A stretch of 48,000 nt of DNA from Mastigocoleus sp. MO_188.B34 (GTDB lineage Bacteria; Cyanobacteriota; Cyanobacteriia; Cyanobacteriales; Nostocaceae): assembly GCF_030065675.1 (NCBI RefSeq), contig NZ_JASJDK010000028.1, forward strand, positions 1 to 48,000, written 5' to 3'. The stretch's first letter is position 1, and the number at the start of each line of letters is the position of its first letter. Below the pieces are notes generated by a model. It saw only the letters and a list, made by a program, of their open reading frames with translations, was not told the origin of the DNA and did not search any database. Shown here one piece after another: positions 18,711 to 26,655 of this stretch. The position numbers and the translations under genes were made by a program.

Positions 18711-19983
18711 TAAGCTTTAGGAAATGGGTTGAACACGATATACAGGGGTCGTAATTGCGAATTACTTGTTCAGATTGTTGCCGTAATTGTTCGTCTGGTA
18801 AATCTATGTGCTCTTCGACAAATTTCCAGAGGTCTTTTTCAATAGTTGACTGGTTTTGGGATGTGGGAGGTACAATCTTGGCATCGAGAATATCTCCTTG
18901 CTCATCAAGTTGATAGCGGTGATAGCAAATGCCGCGAGGTGCTTCGGTACAACCATGTCCAGTACCAGGTTTAATTGTATATTCTGCAACAGGCTGACTT
19001 GACATTTCCTCGGATTCAATAATACGTAATGCTTCCTGGGCTGCATATAGTACTTCTAAACTCCGGATGATAATGCTTTGAAAGGGATTGCTACAAAATG
19101 ATTCTAAGCCGATATCGTGAGCAACTGCTTGGATTTGGGGTGTTAGTCTTTCGAAATTCAAATTGTAGCGCGCTAACGGTCCAACAAAGTAATTTCCCCG
19201 CTCCTTGATAGTTGAATGTAACGCCGTAGAATGAGGTTTATGTATTTCTGCAATGTGATCGTAAAATTCACTAATAGGAATGTTCAAACCTTTATTAGAA
19301 ACCAAACGCCCTTCATTCATCGGATATTCTTCAGAATGTTGCAGCGCCACAAATTCGTAGTCTGGTTCAAATTCAGGGAAAGTAAACCCAGCAACCCAAC
19401 GTGCTGTTGATTCAGCAGCCTCAATTGCCCATTCTAGATCTGGAATCAGGGACTGTAACTCTTGTTTTGTCGGCATTTTGTAAAAACCACCCACCCTAAC
19501 ATTGATCGGGTGAACTTCTCTACCACCAACCAAAGACATGATCTGATTGCCAATTTTTTTTAACCGCAGTCCTCGTTTAACAACATCTGGGTAATCTTTT
19601 GCCATTTCAACAGCACTGTTATAACCAAGGAAATCGGGAGCGTGTAACATAAATATGTGTAAACTGTGGCTTTCGATCCATTCACCACAGTAAATTAGCC
19701 GTCGCATTGCTCGAATAGTACCTGCAACTTCAACTCCAAAGCAATCTTCCATCGCATGAATAGCACTCATCATATATGCGATCGGGCAAATACCACAGAT
19801 ACGAGCAGTAATATCTGGAGCTTCGCTATATTTACGCCCCCGTAAAAAAGCTTCAAAAAATCGGGGTGGTTCAAAAATTTTTAGTTTAACTTCTTTAACT
19901 TTATCATTTTTAATTTTCACATACATCGCGCCTTCGCCTTCGACGCGAGCCAGGTAATTGACTTTGATTGTTTTAGTTGTCAT
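18691..19983 (-). CDS. [NiFe]-hydrogenase large subunit, short (430 aa) group-3-type
   Basis: The N-terminus is [12 protein letters not shown]. The proximal ligand motif is ARICGICP. The C-terminal ligand motif is DPCISCSTH, followed by a 10-aa tail ([10 protein letters not shown]) suited to endopeptidase cleavage. Confidence 0.9.
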   Translation of the reverse strand: MTTKTIKVNYLARVEGEGAMYVKIKNDKVKEVKLKIFEPPRFFEAFLRGRKYSEAPDITARICGICPIAYMMSAIHAMEDCFGVEVAGTIRAMRRLIYCGEWIESHSLHIFMLHAPDFLGYNSAVEMAKDYPDVVKRGLRLKKIGNQIMSLVGGREVHPINVRVGGFYKMPTKQELQSLIPDLEWAIEAAESTARWVAGFTFPEFEPDYEFVALQHSEEYPMNEGRLVSNKGLNIPISEFYDHIAEIHKPHSTALHSTIKERGNYFVGPLARYNLNFERLTPQIQAVAHDIGLESFCSNPFQSIIIRSLEVLYAAQEALRIIESEEMSSQPVAEYTIKPGTGHGCTEAPRGICYHRYQLDEQGDILDAKIVPPTSQNQSTIEKDLWKFVEEHIDLPDEQLRQQSEQVIRNYDPCISCSTHFLKLNVEREP

Positions 19984-20186
19984 GACTCACTGCTCGGTTA
20001 ACAATGTTTATTTATAAAATCTTTAGCACTAATACTTCTCTACGATCGAATAATACCCTGGCTATTGCTTCTTCAAATAAAATATTCTCTGACAATCCTA
20101 ACGCTGTTGAATCGCTTTTCGGCAAGCATCATATACATATTTCCACAAGCTAAATGCTATAGCGCTACGCGCAAGTCATTAGCAAA

Positions 20187-20284
20187 GCGTGTCCGTAGGA
20201 CATAAGTAAAAAGTAAAAAGTCAAAAGCCTAAGACGTATGGCTTTTAGGGTTAATACATGTCCTAACCTAACTTCGTAGTGCTA
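20187..20284. repeat. dispersed repeat family, copy 2
   Basis: gcgtgtccgtaggaca (20187-20202) ... cctaacctaacttcgtagtgcta (20262-20284) has the same termini as 16546-16600, with a longer internal segment. Confidence 0.55.
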
Positions 20285-20336
20285 TAAATGACTGCGATCG
20301 CAATATCTGTCTCGAACAAATTATTAGGTTTTATTG

Positions 20337-21314
20337 TTAATGGTCTACAGTTATGACTACATTTCCTGTTTTTTGTCCTTTTTCAACATACCTATATGCC
20401 TCGACTATTCGTTCCAGCGGAAATAATTCTCTATCTATCACTGCTTTGAACTTATCTTGTTCAATGAGCTTTTTGATTAAAATTAAACTTCCTCTAATAT
20501 TTGTAGGCATTGGAAATAAAGTTTTTTTGTTTCCGATCATGGGTTTAATAATGGGCGTTATAAGCGGTAAGAAAATATTTTGAGCCATGTAGCCTAAGTC
20601 TGAAGAAATATAAACTCCTCCTGGTTTGAGTAGATGTTTGCACTTAAAAAATGAACTTTTGCCAACGGTATCGAAAACAAAGTCATATTTTTGTTCATCT
20701 TTTGTGAAGTCAGATTTTGTATAATCTATGACTTTATCTGCTCCTAGTGATTTTACTAACTCAATATTTCTCGTGGCGCACACTGCAGTAACATCAACAT
20801 CAAAATATTTTAAAAGCTGAACTGCAGCCGAACCAATCGCGCCTGTTGCTCCATTAACGAGAATATTTTGTCTTTTTTTCAGATCCACTTTATTAATAAA
20901 GTTATATGCATAATGGGCACCTTCAGAACTTGCTGCCGCCTGCCCATACGATATATTGTTTGGTATGATTACAACTTTATCTTCTTTTATTGTCATATAT
21001 TGGGCATGAGAACCTGAGCCTTGGTCGTCAAATCCAAAAACTTTATCGCCTACTCTTAGAGACGATACATCTTTACCAACCACTTCGATTTCTCCAGCAA
21101 ATTCAGTTCCAGGAATTTGTTTTTTTGGTTTGAATAGTCCTGTTACTATTCTCATAAAAAATGGTTTTGCTCTAATTGTTGCGCAATCTGTTCTATTGAC
21201 TGTTGTTGCGTGTACTTTTATTAGTACTTCATCATCTCTGGGAACTGGTTTTTCTACCTCTTTTAGCTGAAGAACATCCGGCGAGCCATATTGAGTGTAT
21301 ATAATTGCTTTCAT
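20337..21314 (-). CDS. NAD(P)-dependent MDR-family oxidoreductase (quinone oxidoreductase / alcohol dehydrogenase-like)
   Basis: 325 aa: MKAIIYTQYGSPDVLQLKE..., the cofactor motif VNGATGAIGSAAVQL, and the C-terminus GQKTGNVVITV. AT-rich codon usage. Confidence 0.8.
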   Translation of the reverse strand: MKAIIYTQYGSPDVLQLKEVEKPVPRDDEVLIKVHATTVNRTDCATIRAKPFFMRIVTGLFKPKKQIPGTEFAGEIEVVGKDVSSLRVGDKVFGFDDQGSGSHAQYMTIKEDKVVIIPNNISYGQAAASSEGAHYAYNFINKVDLKKRQNILVNGATGAIGSAAVQLLKYFDVDVTAVCATRNIELVKSLGADKVIDYTKSDFTKDEQKYDFVFDTVGKSSFFKCKHLLKPGGVYISSDLGYMAQNIFLPLITPIIKPMIGNKKTLFPMPTNIRGSLILIKKLIEQDKFKAVIDRELFPLERIVEAYRYVEKGQKTGNVVITVDH

Positions 21315-21338
21315 TAGACATCTCCAAGCAGTGTTTTA

Positions 21339-22316
21339 TTAGGTTTTGTTGCTATTTTCCAAAGTTATGACTACTTTTCCTCGAGCGTGTCCTTCTTCAA
21401 GATACCCGATAGCTTCCGCAACCTCACTCAAGGGGTAAACTCTATCGATCACAGATACGATTTTGCCAGCTTCAAGCAGCGCTTTCAAAAATTCCAGGTC
21501 TTTTTGGTTTGCTTTCGTAACATCCGTGTTGCGCATTATTTGTCCTCCGGTCTTTGAACCCCCCGAACGGAAGATTAATTGCAACATCAAAGCCGGAGAA
21601 TATGCATTTAAGAGATAGGTTCCATTGGAAGCCAATATGCGCTTAATCTCTGAAACTGAGCGATTACCGACATTATCTAAAATTAGGTCGTAACGCTGAT
21701 CGTTTTGGGTGAAGTCTTCACTTGTGTAATCAATAACCCGATCTGCCCCAATCGAGCGCACCATGTCCACATTTTGTGTGCTGCATACACCGGTCACTTT
21801 AGCCCCCAAAGACTTAGCAATCTGTACTGCAAACGTCCCCACACCACCAGACGCACCATTGATCAAAACCTTTTGCTCTGGCTGAACATGCCCTTGGTCG
21901 CGAAGACACTGTAAAGCGGTAAGCCCTGCGACAGGGACGGCAGCTGCTTTCTCAAACGATAAATTGACCGGTTTGAGGACTAATTTATCTTCAGTAACAC
22001 ACACATATTCGGCAAAACCCCCTCTGGATATCTCGCCGTAAACTTTATCACCTGCCTGAAAATTTTTAATGTTTGTGCCAATCGCTTCAATTTGCCCCGC
22101 AATATCTGCTCCGAGGATCTGATTTTTGGGTTTTAACAACCCAGAGATAAAGCGGATAATGAATGGTGAGGCTCGCATGAAATGCCAATCTAATGGATTT
22201 GCCGCTGCCGCATCGATTTTTACCAATACTTCATCGTTACCCGGAAACGGTTTAGGAATCTCTTTTAGCTGAAGAACGTCTGGCGATCCATATTGAGTAT
22301 ATATAATTGCTTTCAT
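21339..22316 (-). CDS. NAD(P)-dependent MDR-family oxidoreductase, tandem paralogue
   Basis: 325 aa with the same first 19 residues as the neighbour, the cofactor motif INGASGGVGTFAVQI, and the C-terminus GHARGKVVITL. It is noticeably more GC-rich than the neighbour. Confidence 0.8.
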   Translation of the reverse strand: MKAIIYTQYGSPDVLQLKEIPKPFPGNDEVLVKIDAAAANPLDWHFMRASPFIIRFISGLLKPKNQILGADIAGQIEAIGTNIKNFQAGDKVYGEISRGGFAEYVCVTEDKLVLKPVNLSFEKAAAVPVAGLTALQCLRDQGHVQPEQKVLINGASGGVGTFAVQIAKSLGAKVTGVCSTQNVDMVRSIGADRVIDYTSEDFTQNDQRYDLILDNVGNRSVSEIKRILASNGTYLLNAYSPALMLQLIFRSGGSKTGGQIMRNTDVTKANQKDLEFLKALLEAGKIVSVIDRVYPLSEVAEAIGYLEEGHARGKVVITLENSNKT

Positions 22317-22495
22317 TCATATTGCTCCAAGATTACGTCGATCTGTTCATTTTTCCTATAGTTCACCACCATCTAACCAACAAGTTTGCAAAACCTAACT
22401 TACTGCAATACGGTTATCTGCACTACGTGTATGACTAACGTCACGCTACCGCTAACACCGTAGGTGCGTGCTAACAGATAAGCCTAAATTTCTTG

Positions 22496-22548
22496 GTAGA
22501 GACGCGACATGTTTCCCTGCGGGAACCCTAAGAAGACCGCGTCTCTAC
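22496..22548. repeat. small dispersed hairpin repeat (gtagagacgcg ... cgcgtctctac)
   Basis: Inverted termini at 22496-22506 and 22538-22548 enclose an inner ttccctgcgggaa hairpin. The related palindrome tagagacgttacgtgtaacgtctcta lies at 38614-38639. Confidence 0.55.
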
Positions 22549-22611
22549 AGTGGTATTTGTTTTAAAAGTTGAGTGGCATCTTGAATGTAATGATTACAGT
22601 TGCCTATGGAA

Positions 22612-23475
22612 TTAACTGGTAAATACACCAAGTCTAGCCTTTCTCTTTTCAATCCACTCATTTAAAGTTGTCGTTGGTGCACCTAAGATATGGTTAGCTT
22701 CTTCCGGATCGCCTATTTCACTGACCTTTTCGAAATAAGACATTAATCTGCCCGCAAACCCAAGTTCTCGGTTGCGCGTGATAAATGACAACACCTTAAC
22801 TAGCCAGAAAGGCATGATAGATATCTTTTTGATATCCGAATGAAACACAGAACAATAGCGTTTTAACGCCTCATGCATAGTAATCAGTTCTGGACCATAA
22901 ATAAAGAATCTTCTATTTGCTGCTTCCTCAGAACTATAAGCAGTTGAAACCATCCTGGCAAAATCGTCTGCCGCGATCCAGTGGTAAGCTTGAGGTTGCT
23001 TTCCAAAAACAGAGGCTCGACCTTGAGTAACGAATTTCGGTAAAACCTCCATAAACCAACTGGGACAGAAAATGGTGTAGGAAATTCCACTATCTCGGAT
23101 CGCTTTTTCTGCTAGAAACTTCCGATCTACTAGGGAAAACCATCTGTTCTCCTCAGTGACAGTTACTCCTGAAACATATGAAATTCGCTCAATTGCTGTC
23201 TTGGAAGCGACTTTCGCAATCATCTCAGTTGCTTGCTGTTCCACTTCAGTTGGAAGATTGATATGAACCCCATGACAGCCATCTAGTGCTTCCTTCAAAC
23301 TATTAGTTTCGACTGGATTTCCAACCACAATCTCAAAAGAATCATCAAATAGCTTTTTCGCTTTTTGACCATCCCTTGTCATAATTCGCACTCGAAATCC
23401 ATCTTCTTGCAGACGGTGTGAAACAGGTTGTCCCAACATTCCAGTACCGCCAACGACTAAGATAGTCTTTTGCAT
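22612..23475 (-). CDS. NmrA-like / atypical SDR NAD(P)-binding protein
   Basis: MQKTILVVGGTGMLGQPV is a Rossmann motif. The ATG at 23475 is preceded by gaggagggaaag, so the longer ORF to 23526 is unlikely. Confidence 0.75.
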   Translation of the reverse strand: MQKTILVVGGTGMLGQPVSHRLQEDGFRVRIMTRDGQKAKKLFDDSFEIVVGNPVETNSLKEALDGCHGVHINLPTEVEQQATEMIAKVASKTAIERISYVSGVTVTEENRWFSLVDRKFLAEKAIRDSGISYTIFCPSWFMEVLPKFVTQGRASVFGKQPQAYHWIAADDFARMVSTAYSSEEAANRRFFIYGPELITMHEALKRYCSVFHSDIKKISIMPFWLVKVLSFITRNRELGFAGRLMSYFEKVSEIGDPEEANHILGAPTTTLNEWIEKRKARLGVFTS

Positions 23476-23566
23476 CTTCTTTCCCTCCTCAGAATAATGC
23501 TTCTTGATACTTTTATGTGCGCTCAAGCTGGGAAAATATCACTTTAAACCTGTCCATAGGTGACAA

Positions 23567-23914
23567 CTATCGCCTTTTCAACTGTGCTCTGTATATCCAG
23601 TTGAGTAGAAACAGAACGCCTATAAGAAACAGTGGTCCGGAAATTACCCAACTCCCACCTCTGCTGGAAAACATATAGAATAAAGCCAAAGCAATGAACA
23701 GGAATACTCCCACCCCCTCCCAACGCCATGCAATGAGTAACGCCATAACAACAATGCATGTTGGAATTAGATGGATTAGTAAGGCAAGAATTGTTTCTCC
23801 AAAGTCATAACCTGCACTGAATACATCTAAAGCAAATACACTCAAAAATATTGCGAAAAGAATGCACAAAACCCTTGGAGCCCAGAAGAGAACTCGCTTT
23901 GTACTCCTATTCAT
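23567..23914 (-). CDS. small integral membrane protein, 115 aa, unknown function
   Basis: The translation shows four hydrophobic segments. The gene starts 35 nt after the hydrogenase small-subunit stop on the same strand. Confidence 0.5.
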   Translation of the reverse strand: MNRSTKRVLFWAPRVLCILFAIFLSVFALDVFSAGYDFGETILALLIHLIPTCIVVMALLIAWRWEGVGVFLFIALALFYMFSSRGGSWVISGPLFLIGVLFLLNWIYRAQLKRR

Positions 23915-23949
23915 CGCTTTCCCCTGAATATTTTTGATTTAAGTTGGAT

Positions 23950-24732
23950 TTAAGTAAGCTGTGAGTCATGAGACTCGCTTTCTTTCCGAAAAGCTTCCGC
24001 GTAAGCGTTATAAGTGCGGTAACTGCGTAATAAATCGGCTTCCTTAACGCCCAAATTTTTCCACCAATTACTTAAGGATGTAGTATTAGGAGTCTCAGCA
24101 GGTCCATAACAACCATAACAACCCCGGTTGTACGCCGGACAAATTGCTCCACAGCCAGCCTGGGTCACAGGTCCCAAGCAAGGTATACCTTGGGCAACCA
24201 TAACGCAAACAGTTCCCCGACGCTTGCACTCCATACAAACGCTGTATTGGGAAACATTAGGTTTACGGTGAGATAAAAAAGCGCTAATTACCTCCAATAA
24301 TTGATATTTGTTAATTGGACAACCCCGCAACTCAAAATCAACAAAAACATGGTCAGCGATCGCGGTAGATTTATTCAAGGTTTCGATATATTCTGGCGAT
24401 GCATAAACAATAGAAGTGAATTCTTTAACGCTCTTAAAATTACGCAGTGCTTGAATACCTCCTGCTGTTGCACAAGCACCAATAGTCACCAAGTATTTTG
24501 ATACTCGTCGTACCTTGTGAATTCGTTCTTCATCATGGGGTGTAGTAATTGAACCTTCTACTAGAGATAAATCATAAGGTCCTTTAACAACAGCGCTAGA
24601 AGCTTCTAGAAAATTTGCGATTTCAACTTCTCCTGCTAATGCAAGTAATTCATCTTCGCAATCCAGTAAACTTAACTGACAACCATCACAGGAAGCAAAT
24701 TTCCAGACTGCTAGTTTGGGTTTTTTACTCAT
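23950..24732 (-). CDS. [NiFe]-hydrogenase small subunit (NuoB-like fold, 'delta')
   Basis: From the ATG at 24732: [21 protein letters not shown], then GACATAGG and ELRGCPIN, with a C-terminal ferredoxin-like part [11 protein letters not shown]...[27 protein letters not shown]. The ORF-track extension to 24828 begins at TTG and is probably not translated. Confidence 0.85.
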   Translation of the reverse strand: MSKKPKLAVWKFASCDGCQLSLLDCEDELLALAGEVEIANFLEASSAVVKGPYDLSLVEGSITTPHDEERIHKVRRVSKYLVTIGACATAGGIQALRNFKSVKEFTSIVYASPEYIETLNKSTAIADHVFVDFELRGCPINKYQLLEVISAFLSHRKPNVSQYSVCMECKRRGTVCVMVAQGIPCLGPVTQAGCGAICPAYNRGCYGCYGPAETPNTTSLSNWWKNLGVKEADLLRSYRTYNAYAEAFRKESESHDSQLT

Positions 24733-25091
24733 TATGAAAGATGATTTTATGGATAATTTTTTATTTTTCTCTACATCTACCTTTATAGAAAAAGAATATG
24801 AGGAATTTGTGATGGGAATTATCGCCAAAAATTTGTTCTTAGGATAGAAATTACGTATATTTATATCGCTTTCAGTCTATTGAATCTGAGCTAAGTACTG
24901 AAAAAATTGTAGAGTGTAAATAACAATACCTTTGCCAAAATTAACAATTAATTGAAATTTAAAATTTTGTCATTTCGCGATCGCGTTATTAAGGTTATTT
25001 TTTAGGGAATTCTATAATTAGAGCTTCCCAGATCAAAAGTAGTGTTATGGTGTTCGATTTCTTTTGCACACTCGGCAATCTTAAAAGGTAT

Positions 25092-25116
25092 AAAATTGGG
25101 CAAACTGCCCAATTTT
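25092..25116. terminator. bidirectional intrinsic-terminator-like hairpin
   Basis: aaaattgggca-aac-tgcccaatttt is an 11-bp stem with a 3-nt loop, an A-tract on the left and a T-tract on the right. Confidence 0.5.
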
Positions 25117-25746
25117 GGTGTTTACCAAAGCTATTTTTTACAACTAAAGTAGTAAAATTTATGATTATGAAAATAATTGTTTAAATAATTTTTTTATTCT
25201 AAAACAACAACACCCGAGCATCTACTGACTTAGTTATTCCCTCTCTTATCTCATGACATACAGGCTTACACTGTTTGAGGTTTTACACTCATTCACGCTG
25301 CCCCTTTACCAACCACTTGAGGAAATATAAGTATCGAAGTCGGGTGTTATTGTTAGGTCCGCAAGACAGATAATCAAACAGCTTTTACCTCTTAACTCTG
25401 ACTTTAACTGTTAACAACAAGGCTGTTTTCTCTGCCCAGGAAGCTTTTTATTAGCTTCAATTATTAAGTTATCATCACTTGATGGGGTTAGCTAGTCTTT
25501 GAAACTAAACTTTAACTTTAGTAGTAATTGGTAACAGTAGATTAATTAGATTAAATTTACTTCATCTTACTTTACAGGTAACAAACTCTCAAAATAGCAA
25601 ACTCTCAAAAATTGAAAAATATAGATGACTGTAAAATATAGATGACTGTAATTAAGGGATGTATAATTCAAAAACTGTTTCTACTACTGGCTCCTGACTT
25701 CTGACCCCTCAGTTTAACCAAAAAACTTTTTAACAGCAAACCCTAA

Positions 25747-26355
25747 TTAAACGCGCTTCAGAACAAATAAACTCCCGTCACCTCCTCGTCCAATTCTCAA
25801 GGTTTCATCTAAATATGTAATCTCAAGGCTGGGAATTCTACCTTGGGGATTATTAGCCGAAATAACCTTAAATGGATTTAATTTGGGAGTATTAATGGCG
25901 AAAATTTTCTCAATTGATAGGTAACGCTTATCAAAATTAACATTAATGCGTTTTTCAGTATCTTCTGGCGCAGGTTCAAAACTTGCTGTGACCTTGACGC
26001 TTCCTGATATTAGCCCTAAAGGATGCCGAACAAAAGCCAAATTAAAAAATGATTTATTTTCAACATCAATTTCTTGATAAACTTTACCTACTTTCAAATT
26101 CAATGGTAGAGAAGATAAACGACGAATCTCCCTAGCTGTCGAATATTGCAATAACCATTTTCCACCCAGGAGAGAAGTTGCGTGGAGTAATGGTTGAGGA
26201 TTCGGATTAACTTTTTCCAAATCCCTTACTAATTGCTCGATTTCGTCAACTAAGTTCTCGTTTAGCTTTAAATTGGTTAAAGGAGAATCATCCTTATTAG
26301 ATTGAATCTTCTCCAGGATGGTTTGTAATTGTTCTTTTAATGCTGCTGGACTCAA
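25747..26355 (-). CDS. PAP/fibrillin family protein
   Basis: LLGGKWLLQYSTAREIR...VYQEID...VKVTASFEP...RINVNFDK fits the plastid-lipid-associated protein/fibrillin pattern. The annotated start at 26355 is TTG. Confidence 0.75.
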   Translation of the reverse strand: MSPAALKEQLQTILEKIQSNKDDSPLTNLKLNENLVDEIEQLVRDLEKVNPNPQPLLHATSLLGGKWLLQYSTAREIRRLSSLPLNLKVGKVYQEIDVENKSFFNLAFVRHPLGLISGSVKVTASFEPAPEDTEKRINVNFDKRYLSIEKIFAINTPKLNPFKVISANNPQGRIPSLEITYLDETLRIGRGGDGSLFVLKRV

Positions 26356-26655
26356 TGATTGTTTTTCCTTTGGCGACTTTTACTAACCATCATAGAGTGA
26401 TACTAAACGAGGTCAAATTTCCAATGGAATAAAAAATAACTGATGAGTCCTCGTACAACACTAGCCTTAAATCCTGTTGTTTCCAATCGTAGTTTATTCC
26501 ATTCCCCATCTACCACGCCGAAAAAATGAATACTAGTACTAAAAAACATCCAGTTCTCCCCCTTTAGTTTCCAAGTATCCTTAGTAAACTCACAAAAAAG
26601 ACGTAGCAATGCTACGTCCCAAAATAACTAGATTAGGGTCAAGCTAAAATCATAT

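Noticed and set aside
19984-23949. Heterocyst-type developmentally excised element interrupting hydrogenase genes (as in hupL)
   Set aside because: The block lies between genes rather than inside a coding sequence, it encodes no XisA/XisC/XisF-type recombinase, and I found no matching direct repeats at its two borders.
24916-24929. Perfect NtcA consensus GTAaataacaaTAC about 185 nt upstream of the hydrogenase small-subunit start
   Set aside because: By chance alone GTA-N8-TAC should occur about a dozen times in 48 kb of this composition. No properly spaced -10 box (about 22 nt downstream) is evident.
26403-26609. 68-aa minus-strand ORF between the fibrillin and acidic-protein genes
   Set aside because: It has no start context or motifs, it lies in the spacer, and it is probably spurious.
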